DNA of 46,455 nucleotides. Origin: Amoebidium appalachense (Eukaryota > Protista > Ichthyosporea). Under the pieces are notes generated by a model, which did not search any database, had not been told where the DNA came from, and saw only the letters and a program-made list of their open reading frames with translations. Shown here piece after piece: positions 28,104-38,355 of the stretch (the first letter of the stretch is position 1; the number at the start of each line of letters is the position of its first letter). The DNA lies in the NCBI GenBank assembly GCA_963693365.1, contig CAVNZM010000035.1, positions 1 through 46,455 of the forward strand, given 5' to 3'. The position numbers and the translations under genes are program-made.

Positions 28104-28490
28104 TTATTGCAGGAACATGGTGGTCCGGGTACGCTGAGCCGTGCCGTCAAGGATGGTTGCCAGCTTGTCCACTCCCCAGGCGGTCGCATTACTGGTTGCT
28201 GCAAGATGGGTGGCGAGCGCCTGGTAATTAGTTGTGGTGGTGAATAGCTTGTCCATCAGGTTGCTGCTTGCTGTGCTGACCTCACCCGAATAGTTCTTGG
28301 GCAAATGCGATCGTGCCCCGCCATCCTTGCCGTCAAGCTGGTCGAGCCGCGCCGGCATGCACACGCCCTTGACACGGGAGGTCGCCGGCCCGCAGCGCCG
28401 TGTCTTTGTGGGGGGCTTACGCTTGGATGCCTTTGGGGTGGGCGGTTCAGCGGACCCCTTCGAGTAGTTTCGCACGTTCATTTTTGCCAT
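28104..28490 (-). CDS. Hypothetical basic protein
   Basis: 128-aa ORF; stop overlaps AATAAA. Confidence 0.55.
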   Translation of the reverse strand: MAKMNVRNYSKGSAEPPTPKASKRKPPTKTRRCGPATSRVKGVCMPARLDQLDGKDGGARSHLPKNYSGEVSTASSNLMDKLFTTTTNYQALATHLAATSNATAWGVDKLATILDGTAQRTRTTMFLQ

Positions 28491-28518
28491 TGGGTATGGC
28501 CCCGAATAAATGGAGCGA

Positions 28519-29325
28519 TCAGCGCCCCAGGCAGATATTTGCCGACTGCATGCACGGTTTGGCCTCCCGGCGGGCCTTGTCCAGGTTGCGATAGTACAAT
28601 GCGGCCAATGTGTCGCCCTGCATGGTGAGGTTCGACGTGGTCACAGCCAGCGTGCTGGTGCCGATGACCACGTTGCGCCAGCGGCTGTAGAGGTCTTCAT
28701 ACAGTTGAAGACGGCCCAACATCTTGACTTCAGCGCACACTGGGCCGGGGCATGTGGTTACCTTGAAGAGATCGCCGTTGATGAAGCATGGGATTAGGGT
28801 TGTGGCAGAAGCGGTAGCCGTCTTAAGCTTCGAGATGTTCGATAGGTGCTTGTTGATAGTGGTCACGCAGTTGAAGGCTACCGAGTATGTGCGCATGAAC
28901 TCCTCGACCCTGGTGATGTACATGCGCGGCTGCCCGCAGTCGTCCACGGTCATGAGGTTGAAGTCTGGGCTGGAGTCGTTTGTCACCACCCGTCTCAGCC
29001 TCTGGTAGATGTCTTCGGCAACCCTGATGGCGTCAGTCACTCTTGTGGTTGGCTCGGTTGTGTTAGGAAGGACCTGCACGGCAAGAATCGGAATGCCGAG
29101 CGCACTGAGTTGCGGCGCCTGGTTGTTCTGTATTCCCAGGAGAAAATGGTCGATGTTGAGACGCACGTACACCCCAAGCGCCTGGGCCGTGTCTACGTCT
29201 ATGTTGAAGCGCCGGGCATAAGTTTTGGCGTTGACGATCTGCAGGTGCCGCAGCGGTAGCTTGTCGACAACGTCCTTTACCTTGGCGTTAAAGTCGGCGG
29301 AGTCAGCTTGTCCTATAAGCACCAT
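28519..29325 (-). CDS. Hypothetical protein, AEDxY paralog family member 2
   Basis: RVAEDIYQRLR and YEDLYSRWRN; TAAATG start. Confidence 0.75.
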   Translation of the reverse strand: MVLIGQADSADFNAKVKDVVDKLPLRHLQIVNAKTYARRFNIDVDTAQALGVYVRLNIDHFLLGIQNNQAPQLSALGIPILAVQVLPNTTEPTTRVTDAIRVAEDIYQRLRRVVTNDSSPDFNLMTVDDCGQPRMYITRVEEFMRTYSVAFNCVTTINKHLSNISKLKTATASATTLIPCFINGDLFKVTTCPGPVCAEVKMLGRLQLYEDLYSRWRNVVIGTSTLAVTTSNLTMQGDTLAALYYRNLDKARREAKPCMQSANICLGR

Positions 29326-29354
29326 TTACATGTCTCATCCATAAAATGGCCACG

Positions 29355-30215
29355 TCAGTCCACTGCCGCGAAAAACATGGCGCTTTTGCCGGGGGCCGGT
29401 TTTCCCCGGATGTCCACCGCCGTCCCCGACACAAACTTTTCGACGTGCTGCCCGGTGAGCCGCCGGTGGTGCACGGCCAGCAGGGTATTCTTGTCCACCT
29501 CGTGGGTCGGCATGGCCACCATGTTGTCCGGCTTGTAGACGGTGTTGCGCCAGCGCTGGAACAGGTCCTCGTGCAGCTCCATGCGCCGGCTCTGCGCCTC
29601 CTCCCGCTTCACGCAGCGGGTGCGCGGGCGCATGCGCTGGATGGGCTTGGGGACATCCAGTACCTTCATCGGGTCGCTTGCCAGCTGTCGCTTGGTTGTC
29701 ACAAGCCACCTGTTGATTGTGGCCACGTCCGCCAGCGGCAGCTCGTAGAAGCGCGAGTACCTGCTGATGTCCGTCACCACCGTGGCGGGCGTGCCGCATG
29801 CGTCCACGACCGTACGGTTGAAGTCCGCCGCCGTGGACGACATGCATGCCAGCCTCGTGCGCTGGTACACGTCCTCGGCCACGCGCAGCGCCTTGCTGAA
29901 CGGGAACTTCTTGACTTCGGCCGTCTCGAGCAGTCCCCAGATGTAGTGCGCCATGTCGACGATCCCGAGGGCAGACAGCGGCAGCGGCGCCTCGTGGGCC
30001 AGCTGTTCCGTGAACTCGTCGATCGCGTGCGCAAGCAGCAGCGCGCAGTCCTGCACCACGGGCTCAGGGATGTCGAAATCCCTCGCGTAGCGGTCCGTGG
30101 CGAGTATCTGCAGCCGACGGGCCGGGCCGCCGAAGTCGTTGTACAGGGCCTCGAACGTTGCGTAAGGCATCCTGCTGTTGGCCGCAAAAAGTCTGTTTGA
30201 TGGTACGATATGCAT
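29355..30215 (-). CDS. Hypothetical protein, AEDxY paralog family member 3 (start uncertain)
   Basis: RVAEDVYQRTR and HEDLFQRWRN. Confidence 0.75.
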   Translation of the reverse strand: MHIVPSNRLFAANSRMPYATFEALYNDFGGPARRLQILATDRYARDFDIPEPVVQDCALLLAHAIDEFTEQLAHEAPLPLSALGIVDMAHYIWGLLETAEVKKFPFSKALRVAEDVYQRTRLACMSSTAADFNRTVVDACGTPATVVTDISRYSRFYELPLADVATINRWLVTTKRQLASDPMKVLDVPKPIQRMRPRTRCVKREEAQSRRMELHEDLFQRWRNTVYKPDNMVAMPTHEVDKNTLLAVHHRRLTGQHVEKFVSGTAVDIRGKPAPGKSAMFFAAVD

Positions 30216-30258
30216 CCAGACCCACGAGAGCGCAATATTATGTGCGCGTCTATTAAAC

Positions 30259-31557
30259 ATGTCTAGCTCGGCGATTGTGCAGCTGGTGTCCAAGGGCGTT
30301 CAGGATTCCGTTCTGACCTTCAAACCCACCAAGACCCTGTTCCGCAGCAAGTATGCGCAGATCAGCAACTTCTCCATTGAGTTCTTTAGGGTCAACTTCC
30401 AGACCGCCCTGGACTACGGCGCCACCGGCTGCAACTGCGAGATTAGTCGTTCTGGAGACCTCATCAAGGACCTTTGGATCCACTTCAAGGTAGGCGCTCT
30501 TAAGCGTGGGCCACCCAACGCCGTCTCCAACGGCTCGATTGGCCCCCTTCCCTACGACGCCCACTTTGTCAACATGCTGCCCTTTGCCCTCTTCAACCGC
30601 ATCGAGCTGAACGTGGGGACATACCGCATCGACCAGCACGTGGGCCGTCTTCTCGCTCTGCTCGAGGACATCGAGACACCCCCTGGCAAGGGGCTGGGCA
30701 TCGCCATTGGCAAGGCCGATCATGTGAGCCAGCTGCGCGAGTGGGCCAACCACGAGATGGAGTACTTCTTTCCCCTGCAGTTCTGGTTCAACAGGAGGTA
30801 TGGTGCTGCCCTGCCCATTGTCGCCCTGCAGTTCCACACCGTGCGCATCGACATCGACACCAAGCCCCTGCGTGACCTCATCAACGACGTCGGCGACCAG
30901 AAGCCCTCCAGCTCCACCAACGACGCTCATGGTGGCAAGATTTCCGACAGCAGCATCATCGTCGAGTACATCTTCGTGGACGAGCAGGAACGTGCCATGT
31001 GGGCCCAGGCCCAGCGCCACGACTACCTCGTGGACCTGTGGCAGGAGAAGATGTTCAGCTCCAACGTCAACAGCAGGCCCAACGAGAAGGCTACCCTCAC
31101 GCAGCAGCTCAACTTCGGCTTCCCCGTCAAGGAGCTGCTCATCGTGTGCCAGCCCCGCACACGCAACAACGAGCCCGGCAAGAACGACTTCTTCAACTTT
31201 GCCTCGCCTGGCAAGAGCCCTAACAACCCGCTGTACCTACCCATCCAGAAGATCGACGTCAAGTACAACAACACCGGCATGCAGTACAACTACAGCGGGC
31301 TGTTCTCGCACAAGGTGCTGGTCCAGAAGTACCACACCCGTGCCCCTACGCTCAAGATGTTCATGATCCCCTATGCCCTCCAGCCCGAAGACTCCATCCA
31401 GCCCACAGGCAGCACGAACTTCTCCCGCATCGACACGATTGACCTGAACCTGGAGCTTCACGAGTCCCTCAGCGGCACCGTGGACTTCTGGGTATATGCC
31501 AGAGGCCACAACCTAGTGAGCATCAGTGGCGGAATGCTCAGTCTGCGCTTCAGCTGA
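30259..31557 (+). CDS. MCP: Major capsid protein, NCLDV double jelly roll
   Basis: VQLVSKGVQDSVLT, RSGDLI, PLQFWF...ALPIVALQF, FPVKEL, YALQPE..QPTGSTNFSRID. Confidence 0.97.
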   Translation: MSSSAIVQLVSKGVQDSVLTFKPTKTLFRSKYAQISNFSIEFFRVNFQTALDYGATGCNCEISRSGDLIKDLWIHFKVGALKRGPPNAVSNGSIGPLPYDAHFVNMLPFALFNRIELNVGTYRIDQHVGRLLALLEDIETPPGKGLGIAIGKADHVSQLREWANHEMEYFFPLQFWFNRRYGAALPIVALQFHTVRIDIDTKPLRDLINDVGDQKPSSSTNDAHGGKISDSSIIVEYIFVDEQERAMWAQAQRHDYLVDLWQEKMFSSNVNSRPNEKATLTQQLNFGFPVKELLIVCQPRTRNNEPGKNDFFNFASPGKSPNNPLYLPIQKIDVKYNNTGMQYNYSGLFSHKVLVQKYHTRAPTLKMFMIPYALQPEDSIQPTGSTNFSRIDTIDLNLELHESLSGTVDFWVYARGHNLVSISGGMLSLRFS

Positions 31558-31823
31558 GCACCCATAGTAGTCGATACTCGTTCGTATGCTATCAATGTTA
31601 AATACAAACAAGTTTATTTGCATTTTTTGAGCTGGTTCGTCCGAATTCATATTTGTGTGGCACGGCCACCATATTGCAGTAACAAATTTTTACAAGACTG
31701 TAGCAAACCTGCCCTCGAGTCTGTCGTCTATTGGGAATATATACTTCCAAAGGGCGCTGTATTTACCGAGCCCGTCTTTGCAAATGATTATACATGGGGC
31801 AGACTTGGGTCCATGGGTACCCG

Positions 31824-33383
31824 CTACCAATCCCATGTCACAGAGGACATCGAGCGGGGAACAAATAAAACACTTGGCACGACACAAGGGAGATACACCA
31901 TGAGCATATCGAAATCGCTCACCGAGTAAAATGTTTGCCGTCTGTGTGCACCCACATAGGTGCCTAGCATAAATTGCCAGTACGAGCCCATGTCGGTTGC
32001 GGTTTTGGCTTGGACTCGTTTGCTTTTCCAGTACATGTCAAACCTTCCATTGTGCTCGTGTACTTCGGGGTACACAAACTTGGTCTGAAGTACCTCCTCG
32101 ATTGCAGCTTGTGTCTCAATCTCCCGCATCTGCTTTGCTCCCTTTGGAGTGTTGACTTGAACGAATGTTTGTAATTGGAGGTTCTCTTCCAGTCTGTCAA
32201 GTGTTGTCCTCAGCTCCTCGACAGACGCGACTTCGCGGTCCGCGAATCTAGTCCGCCCCCCTTGCCCGATGGTAATTTGCCCCGACGCATTCATGACCGA
32301 TTCGTTTCCAGCAAAGATCCACAGCCGCCGTGTTATGCCGTCATCTCCAACGCACGCGACCACCCCGCCGGGGTATTTGTTGCATCTCATAAATGCAAAC
32401 GCCGAATCATCCCGTCGTGTGCTGGTCTTCACCGTCACTGCGTAGCCACGTGGGTCTTCACCAGGCTCCGTCACCCAAAGGAAATCTGCGCCACAGCTTT
32501 CCCTTGTCGGCATAATAGTCAGACCGGCCTCTCTGAACATGCCCATCACCCATTTCTTCCCCTCGGCACCTATCTCGATAGCATGGGCACTTCGTCGTTC
32601 AAGGTTGGCGTGTCGCTTCTCGGCGTACTCCTCGTCGTTCTTGGGCAGTTCTTTGCGCGGGCGTTTGGTGGCCGGCGTCTCGACTTCGTCAGGCCCGAGC
32701 GCGCGAGCCCTCTTGTTGCTGGCACAGTTGGGGCAGGCGTTGCCGAGTCGTGTGCGGTTGTGAATCCAGTTCTCCCACTCGTGACCGTTCGTGCACACCC
32801 ACCAGACCTTCATCTTCTTGCCGTGGTGCACGCTGTCCGGCGTGGCCTCACCATTCTTCGTGGGATGCCACTCGGCGGCGATGGCCGGGAACTTTGCCTG
32901 GAGTGTCTCATCCGTCTTCACGCGCATGCTTATCCCCTTGCGCTTGCATGCCGGGCAGCCAGGTCCGTTCTTCGTGCGGTTCGAGGGGCTCGCCTGCCAC
33001 TCGACATCACAACCGGGACTGGAACATTTCCACCAGAAGACGTTGCTTGCCTTGCCGATGTCGGAGGGGGTGATGGGGGTGTTCTTCTCAAAGTGCCATT
33101 CTGCGGAAATGTCGGGGAAGAGCGCCGCAAAGGTCTTGTCGGCATCGAGCTTCTTGGTAAAGTACTTCTTGGGGTCGGCCTTCTTGCGGCACGCGACGCA
33201 GCCTGGCTCCTGCTTGATCCGCGCAAACACGTAGGCCTCCCACTCGGTGTTGCAGCCCGGTGTGCCGCAGAGCCACCACACCTTCTTGTTCGACTTTGCC
33301 CCCACGGACGACGCCGACAGCGGGGCATTCTTGCTTGGGTGCCACTCGCGGGCAAGAGAAGGAAAGGTTTGAGAGAGAGACAT
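31824..33383 (-). CDS. Zinc-ribbon (treble-clef) repeat protein with C-terminal PD-(D/E)XK-like nuclease domains
   Basis: Three P.LA.EWH..KN...WW.C....EW.....R...GCP.C repeats, then AD..VTVKT and FD..VQAKT. Confidence 0.8.
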   Translation of the reverse strand: MSLSQTFPSLAREWHPSKNAPLSASSVGAKSNKKVWWLCGTPGCNTEWEAYVFARIKQEPGCVACRKKADPKKYFTKKLDADKTFAALFPDISAEWHFEKNTPITPSDIGKASNVFWWKCSSPGCDVEWQASPSNRTKNGPGCPACKRKGISMRVKTDETLQAKFPAIAAEWHPTKNGEATPDSVHHGKKMKVWWVCTNGHEWENWIHNRTRLGNACPNCASNKRARALGPDEVETPATKRPRKELPKNDEEYAEKRHANLERRSAHAIEIGAEGKKWVMGMFREAGLTIMPTRESCGADFLWVTEPGEDPRGYAVTVKTSTRRDDSAFAFMRCNKYPGGVVACVGDDGITRRLWIFAGNESVMNASGQITIGQGGRTRFADREVASVEELRTTLDRLEENLQLQTFVQVNTPKGAKQMREIETQAAIEEVLQTKFVYPEVHEHNGRFDMYWKSKRVQAKTATDMGSYWQFMLGTYVGAHRRQTFYSVSDFDMLMVYLPCVVPSVLFVPRSMSSVTWDW

Positions 33384-33421
33384 GTTGCTGCAGATGTGAT
33401 GGTTGTATGGGTGTGTGCCGG

Positions 33422-33437
33422 CTTTTATACCTTCGCG
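33422..33437 (-). promoter_or_regulatory. Early-type TATA box
   Basis: Minus strand CGCGAAGGTATAAAAG upstream of ATG 33383. Confidence 0.8.
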
Positions 33438-33513
33438 GGAGTCAGAGGTGATGCGACTGCCGCGATGAAGCGCGGTCGATTTTTTCTTGTTTTGGCGACT
33501 GGGTTGCACGTTC

Positions 33514-33526
33514 AAGGGTATAAAAG
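33514..33526 (+). promoter_or_regulatory. Early-type TATA box
   Basis: AAGGGTATAAAAG upstream of ATG 33580. Confidence 0.75.
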
Positions 33527-33579
33527 GCCGCGCGGTGACCAAACCCCCTCACTTTTTATTTTCTCAGCTACCTGTAGGC

Positions 33580-34446
33580 ATGTCCAGAATTCTGACCATC
33601 TACTGCACTGAGCTCGCTGCCCTCGCTGGTCGCCACAAGTATCGTGAAGTCGCCGATGCCGTGAACGCCCTGCTCTGCCACAACGAACAGATTGTCTACT
33701 CGTCCTTCCCCCACCTTCGCTCGCGCCTGCGCAATGCCCGTCTCGGCGAGGCTGCGGCCCGCAAGGCCGAGTTCCTCTGCCGCAAGCGCCATGCCGACGT
33801 GCTGGAGAACGGGCTCGTGAAGATGGCCAAGGCCGAGTCCGCCGACGAGCTCAAGATGCTGATCGACGATGCGCTCTCGTCCATCGACGACCCCGCCGAC
33901 AGGGAGCTGGCCAGGGGCGTCATCTTCAAGACCCGCGGGCTCACGGGCGAGGACCCCGTCATGGACGAGTACGAGCGGCTGACCGGCAAGAAGCTGACCG
34001 AGCGCAACACCGTGTTCCGTGTCTCCAAGCCCTTCACCACGCGTGGCGGAGTGCGCTACCAGATCGGGGGCCGCCTGGACGGCGTGTGCGACGAGCTCGG
34101 GCGCATCGTCGAGGTCAAGAACCGCGTCAACAAGTTCCACATCCCCATCTACGACCGCATCCAGGTCATGGGCTACTTTGCCATCACAGGGCTTAAGAGT
34201 TGCGAGTTCATCCAGTGCCTGTGCGGTGAGCTCGACACCGAGACCCTGCACTACGACGAGGGCGCCTGGGCGGCCGTGCAGCGAGCGCTCGAGGACACCC
34301 TGGACCGCTACCTCACCCCCGACTGCGACCCCGACGAGGAGCCCCACAGCCCCCCCGGCCCGCCCGCAGCTCCCAGCCCCCCCGGGCCGGCCCCTCAGTC
34401 ACCGGCCGCGTCATCCTCGCTGGCCTCCGTCTCCTCTTCGCAATAA
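33580..34446 (+). CDS. YqaJ/lambda exonuclease-like viral recombinase
   Basis: RG...E, IGGRLDG, IVEVKNR, YDRIQVMGY. Confidence 0.88.
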   Translation: MSRILTIYCTELAALAGRHKYREVADAVNALLCHNEQIVYSSFPHLRSRLRNARLGEAAARKAEFLCRKRHADVLENGLVKMAKAESADELKMLIDDALSSIDDPADRELARGVIFKTRGLTGEDPVMDEYERLTGKKLTERNTVFRVSKPFTTRGGVRYQIGGRLDGVCDELGRIVEVKNRVNKFHIPIYDRIQVMGYFAITGLKSCEFIQCLCGELDTETLHYDEGAWAAVQRALEDTLDRYLTPDCDPDEEPHSPPGPPAAPSPPGPAPQSPAASSSLASVSSSQ

Positions 34447-34895
34447 ATATCCCCCAGACGGGGCAGTGGCATATCCAGTCTTTTGAGCACGGGCGAGTAG
34501 AAGTGGCATGCCTCCACGTACTCGCAGTAGCAGCCCATGGACTCAAGCTCTTTTGGAAACAGCTCCTCGCTCAGCTGCATCTTTCCCCCCTTCTGTACGT
34601 ACATGCACGGGTCACGGTTTAGCGAGACGACCTCCAGCCAGTCCTTGAACGCGTTTGTTGGACGTCGCACCACACACCTCCTGCACTTGAAAGCCGCAAG
34701 CACACCCATCACCTCGCCCGCGCCCCGAAAGCTCCGGTACAGCACGCACACTCGAACACCACCCTCACTGCCTGCCGAGCATACCGCCCTCGCCCCGTTC
34801 TCCAGCAGCCGTCGAGCCACATCTCTCGCACCCACCTGCCCGTCGAGCTCGGCCGCAAAGACGCGCGAATGACTGTTATCATGGCGGTTATCCAT
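34395..34895 (-). CDS. Hypothetical protein
   Basis: ATG 34895 divergent from 34912; acidic tail overlaps the YqaJ 3' end. Confidence 0.55.
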   Translation of the reverse strand: MDNRHDNSHSRVFAAELDGQVGARDVARRLLENGARAVCSAGSEGGVRVCVLYRSFRGAGEVMGVLAAFKCRRCVVRRPTNAFKDWLEVVSLNRDPCMYVQKGGKMQLSEELFPKELESMGCYCEYVEACHFYSPVLKRLDMPLPRLGDIYCEEETEASEDDAAGD

Positions 34896-34911
34896 GCAGA
34901 GCCACGCAATA

Positions 34912-35427
34912 ATGTCGGGATGCGAGCTGGACACCGCGACGGTCAGGTGCATGGCCTGGGACTCCGACCAACCGCTTTCCATAGGCGTGCAGGGGGGGTT
35001 CAGCTGGGACAAGGGCAACCTCAGGTTCAGGAACGTCACGAGCCCCGAGTACTTCTTCTACCCAGGACAGGCCCTGGCTGTGCTTCACCACGTACGCACG
35101 ATCCAGTCGGTTGAGCTCGCACGGGGGCTGCTGGTGCTGGACGAGCCGCTGCCATATTTCCCCAAGATCAAGGACCTTATGGTCTATGTCGATCCGCACG
35201 TGCGCGGGCGCCTACGAACAGGTAACGGCCAGGATGTGCTCACGGTCACACGTGACGGACGAATACAGAGCCCGTGGATGGACAGGCTCGTAGGCAATTT
35301 CGACGGCCACTTTGTTTTTGCAAACGGCTGGCGCATCGAGGCAGCCGGGGACTCGGGACTGCTGTTCACCTCGGCAACGGGGGTGGCACGCATGCGCTTG
35401 GACGACGCCGGGCTCGAGATTCTCTAA
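34912..35427 (+). CDS. Hypothetical beta-rich protein
   Basis: TAATG start, 171 aa. Confidence 0.65.
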   Translation: MSGCELDTATVRCMAWDSDQPLSIGVQGGFSWDKGNLRFRNVTSPEYFFYPGQALAVLHHVRTIQSVELARGLLVLDEPLPYFPKIKDLMVYVDPHVRGRLRTGNGQDVLTVTRDGRIQSPWMDRLVGNFDGHFVFANGWRIEAAGDSGLLFTSATGVARMRLDDAGLEIL

Positions 35428-35483
35428 ACCGCCAAAATGCCTCCAGACAGCAGCCGTTCGATATAATTTGGTGGTAGGGTATA

Positions 35484-35759
35484 ATGTCTTTGGCCACGGG
35501 TGTCGATTATGGGATGAGGGCATACATGAGAAACCCCCTTTTCCAGGCTACCATCACCGGGTTGACCGCCTACATGGCCTACCCACCCAACGACTCGCTC
35601 CACCGCCTGGGGCGCAAGTGGCCCTGGCTGCAGTACGTGTTCCTGTTCTTCCTGGTCTGGCAGGGACGTGGCGAGCAGAACATCACGCGGAGCTTGATTG
35701 CCGTGGGCATCATATACGCACTTCTCCAGTACGCGGTTCCCGCACTCGAGAGGCTGTAG
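35484..35759 (+). CDS. Small multi-TM virion membrane protein
   Basis: Three hydrophobic segments; TATAATG start. Confidence 0.7.
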   Translation: MSLATGVDYGMRAYMRNPLFQATITGLTAYMAYPPNDSLHRLGRKWPWLQYVFLFFLVWQGRGEQNITRSLIAVGIIYALLQYAVPALERL

Positions 35760-35814
35760 GTGGTTTTGCGCCCAACGGTTGGCAGCTCCCCGTTTATTCG
35801 GCAGTGCTGTTAGA

Positions 35815-36027
35815 ATGACACTGGACGACCTAATCCTCGAGCAGATCGGCGTGTCCAAGAGGAAGTCTCGCACGAGACGCGCCAAAGCCCCCGCCATCCC
35901 CTCGCAGCCGTCGACCATGAAGACGGCACTTGCCCGCCTCGACCAGGCCGAACACGAGGGCAAGGACTTCCTAAAATTGGTGCGCAAGACCCGCAAGCAG
36001 TTGCTGGCAAAGACAAAGGCTGTGTAG
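35815..36027 (+). CDS. Small basic protein
   Basis: 70 aa, K/R-rich. Confidence 0.6.
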   Translation: MTLDDLILEQIGVSKRKSRTRRAKAPAIPSQPSTMKTALARLDQAEHEGKDFLKLVRKTRKQLLAKTKAV

Positions 36028-36165
36028 CCCACGAGCATGAAGAAAACATCAATTCTTAACCGAGCCCTTCACGGGCTAGTCCAAATAAAGACGGCAGCGC
36101 CGACAAACAACAGAAACAGAAGGAGCCAAACAGCACGCATTTACACTGTGTACGCATTTGTTTTA

Positions 36166-37443
36166 TTAGGTTGCCGGTGCTGCATGCCGTTGCCGCATGG
36201 TTTCAAGCTGATTCGGGGCCGTCAAATCTGATATGTTTTGCGCGGCTGCGCCTGTGTCTGCGCCTTCGACCCCTTGTCGCAGGTTATCCATATCCATGGG
36301 CTCTTGCCCTTGGTTTTCTAGGGCTTGATTGATGCCGTTCATGTCCACGTTACCCAGCCCGCGCCCACCAGCAAGATTCGTTGCCATGTCCTCGAAACGA
36401 TTTTCCAGGTCCTCGAGGTCCGCCGGTTCGTCGTTGGGGTTGCTGGGGGCAATGGGATTGGCGAGACGCACAATTTCCGTCTCCAGATCAAAAAGAGTGT
36501 CCTTGGTGTTGTCCAGTTTTTTGACCAGTGCAAACGTGGGTTTGGTGCCCAGCGCGGTATCCACGGCGCTGTACATCGAGCTCGTCCATGCCGCACACTT
36601 TCTCAGCAAACTGGATGTATCGACCAGCTTCCCTATGAGTGCATTACCCAAGCTGTTCAAATCCCCTTGCCGCAATAGATAGACATCTCGGTTAAACAAC
36701 AGATTTAGGTGTCCCAGCTCATCCGGCGTCTTCTTGGAAAAGTAGTTCACGTACACCGGGTTCTTAAGCAGCTCGCTCCGGGTGCCCTTTATGAACCGAA
36801 GGTATGCACCAATAACTGCCTTGTAGCCGACTATACGCTTGAGAAGGAGCTCGGCATCCAGATTCTTCTTGAACTGTTGCTTCTGGGCGAGCAGTTTTTC
36901 GGTGGCCTTGTTCGTGACAAAGCCTATGCTGCTGTCGTCGACTGAGACGTCCGCCTTCTCGTAGCGGGTCTTGAGCTGGTCGTACTCGTTGCCCAAGTTG
37001 CTGATGTCCACCTCCAGCTTCTTGTCGATGTAGTCCTTGGCCAACTGCTTGGCCTGCAGCTTGAACTTTGCCAACTGGAGTTCAATGCGCGACAACGCCT
37101 GCTGGTTGGCTAGCGGGATGCCTGTTCTTGCCCCCCGTGCCACTGCGGCAATCTTCTTCCCCTGAAATCCGAGAAGCTCACTTGCCTGGACCTTGTCCTT
37201 GGCCTGTTGCTTCTGTGCTTTGCTGTACTTCTTTTTCACGAGGTCCGCCTTGTACTTGATCCGCTTCTGTATCTCCTGGTCCTCCTCCTTTCCACGTTTG
37301 CCGGCCCGCTCCAGGCCCTTCAACACCTGCTTCTTCGTCTTCTGCGTGGGCTTGTCGAGGTCCTCCCAGTACGCATAACTTTTCCGACCTCCTTTCCGTG
37401 TCTTGCTCCAGTTGGGCGGTTCGGGTTGCGCCACTGCGGCCAT
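36166..37443 (-). CDS. Lys-rich helical protein, possible core protein
   Basis: 425 aa from ATG 37443; stop overlaps AATAAA. Confidence 0.75.
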   Translation of the reverse strand: MAAVAQPEPPNWSKTRKGGRKSYAYWEDLDKPTQKTKKQVLKGLERAGKRGKEEDQEIQKRIKYKADLVKKKYSKAQKQQAKDKVQASELLGFQGKKIAAVARGARTGIPLANQQALSRIELQLAKFKLQAKQLAKDYIDKKLEVDISNLGNEYDQLKTRYEKADVSVDDSSIGFVTNKATEKLLAQKQQFKKNLDAELLLKRIVGYKAVIGAYLRFIKGTRSELLKNPVYVNYFSKKTPDELGHLNLLFNRDVYLLRQGDLNSLGNALIGKLVDTSSLLRKCAAWTSSMYSAVDTALGTKPTFALVKKLDNTKDTLFDLETEIVRLANPIAPSNPNDEPADLEDLENRFEDMATNLAGGRGLGNVDMNGINQALENQGQEPMDMDNLRQGVEGADTGAAAQNISDLTAPNQLETMRQRHAAPAT

Positions 37444-37465
37444 GTTATATGATCGCACCACATTT

Positions 37466-38014
37466 TTAACCGGACTGCCCACCGTATACCTGATTTATGA
37501 CTGTGCCACCCTGTTGGGCCCTCGCCTGCAATCCCGCCAGCCTATCCTCCTGCAAAGCCTTGCCTACCTTCTCGCCCAGCTTTGCAAGCTCTTCATAGAG
37601 CCCCCGCCACTTGGCCGTCGCGGCCTCGTTTGCTCTTCGCGTCTGGATGAGTCGGTCGGTTGCGTGGTAAATCCGTAGAAGCTGGTCACTGGCCTCTTCC
37701 CCCAATCGCTCCCTACCCCGGGCCACCAACCGAGCCCCTTGCAGCACCCTCTGTATGCGCATCTCGATGTCCTTGATGCGCTGACCCGTCGTAGCGGTGC
37801 CCGAGGCCTGAGCCGTTGACCGCTTCAGTCGTTTGATGGCACGGTTTGTGGAATGTCGTATCATTTGGGCCACCTCCTGCTCCTGTCGTTTCCGCTGCAT
37901 GGCATCCCGGCGCAGGCCGCGGAGCTCCGCACGCAGCTGTTGTCTGCTGTAGCTAGGTTCAGGGAGAGGCTGTGGCCTCACGGCCGTTGTGGCGACTGCA
38001 CTGTGTCTTTCCAT
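37466..38014 (-). CDS. Basic coiled-coil protein
   Basis: 182 aa, R/Q-rich. Confidence 0.65.
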   Translation of the reverse strand: MERHSAVATTAVRPQPLPEPSYSRQQLRAELRGLRRDAMQRKRQEQEVAQMIRHSTNRAIKRLKRSTAQASGTATTGQRIKDIEMRIQRVLQGARLVARGRERLGEEASDQLLRIYHATDRLIQTRRANEAATAKWRGLYEELAKLGEKVGKALQEDRLAGLQARAQQGGTVINQVYGGQSG

Positions 38015-38025
38015 ACATGCCTGAG

Positions 38026-38331
38026 TTATTTATTTTGGCCGGGCGCGTCCAGCGCAAGTGCCTGTTCCGTCAGCAGGGCAAGCTCCGTCACCAACGGACC
38101 GGCCGACGTGTGCCTTATTCGCGCTATGTCGCGCGTGACCTCATCGAGCATCCGGAGCGCCTTCTTGCGCGTTGCTAACATCCGCTTGAGCTCCATATTG
38201 TTTCGCACCTTCAGTTGTCCCACTTCCCGGTATCGGCGCAGGCGTTGCTTCATCAGCTGTCGCTGCTGCCACAGTTGGTGCTGTGTGCGCTGGCGCTGCT
38301 GGGCCAGCCACTTGTCCCTCTTGCCTCGCAT
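38026..38331 (-). CDS. Basic R/Q-rich protein
   Basis: 101 aa in tandem with its neighbours. Confidence 0.6.
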   Translation of the reverse strand: MRGKRDKWLAQQRQRTQHQLWQQRQLMKQRLRRYREVGQLKVRNNMELKRMLATRKKALRMLDEVTRDIARIRHTSAGPLVTELALLTEQALALDAPGQNK

Positions 38332-38355
38332 CTACATCTGGCGTTGTTTCCGTGC

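Noticed and set aside
31618-31929. 103-aa ORF after MCP
   Set aside because: Non-ATG start, overlaps the nuclease 3' end, and has no recognisable motif.
33535-33567. Possible 5' UTR intron (GT...TTTTCTCAG) before YqaJ
   Set aside because: Only 33 nt long, and the donor would lie upstream of the expected transcription start.
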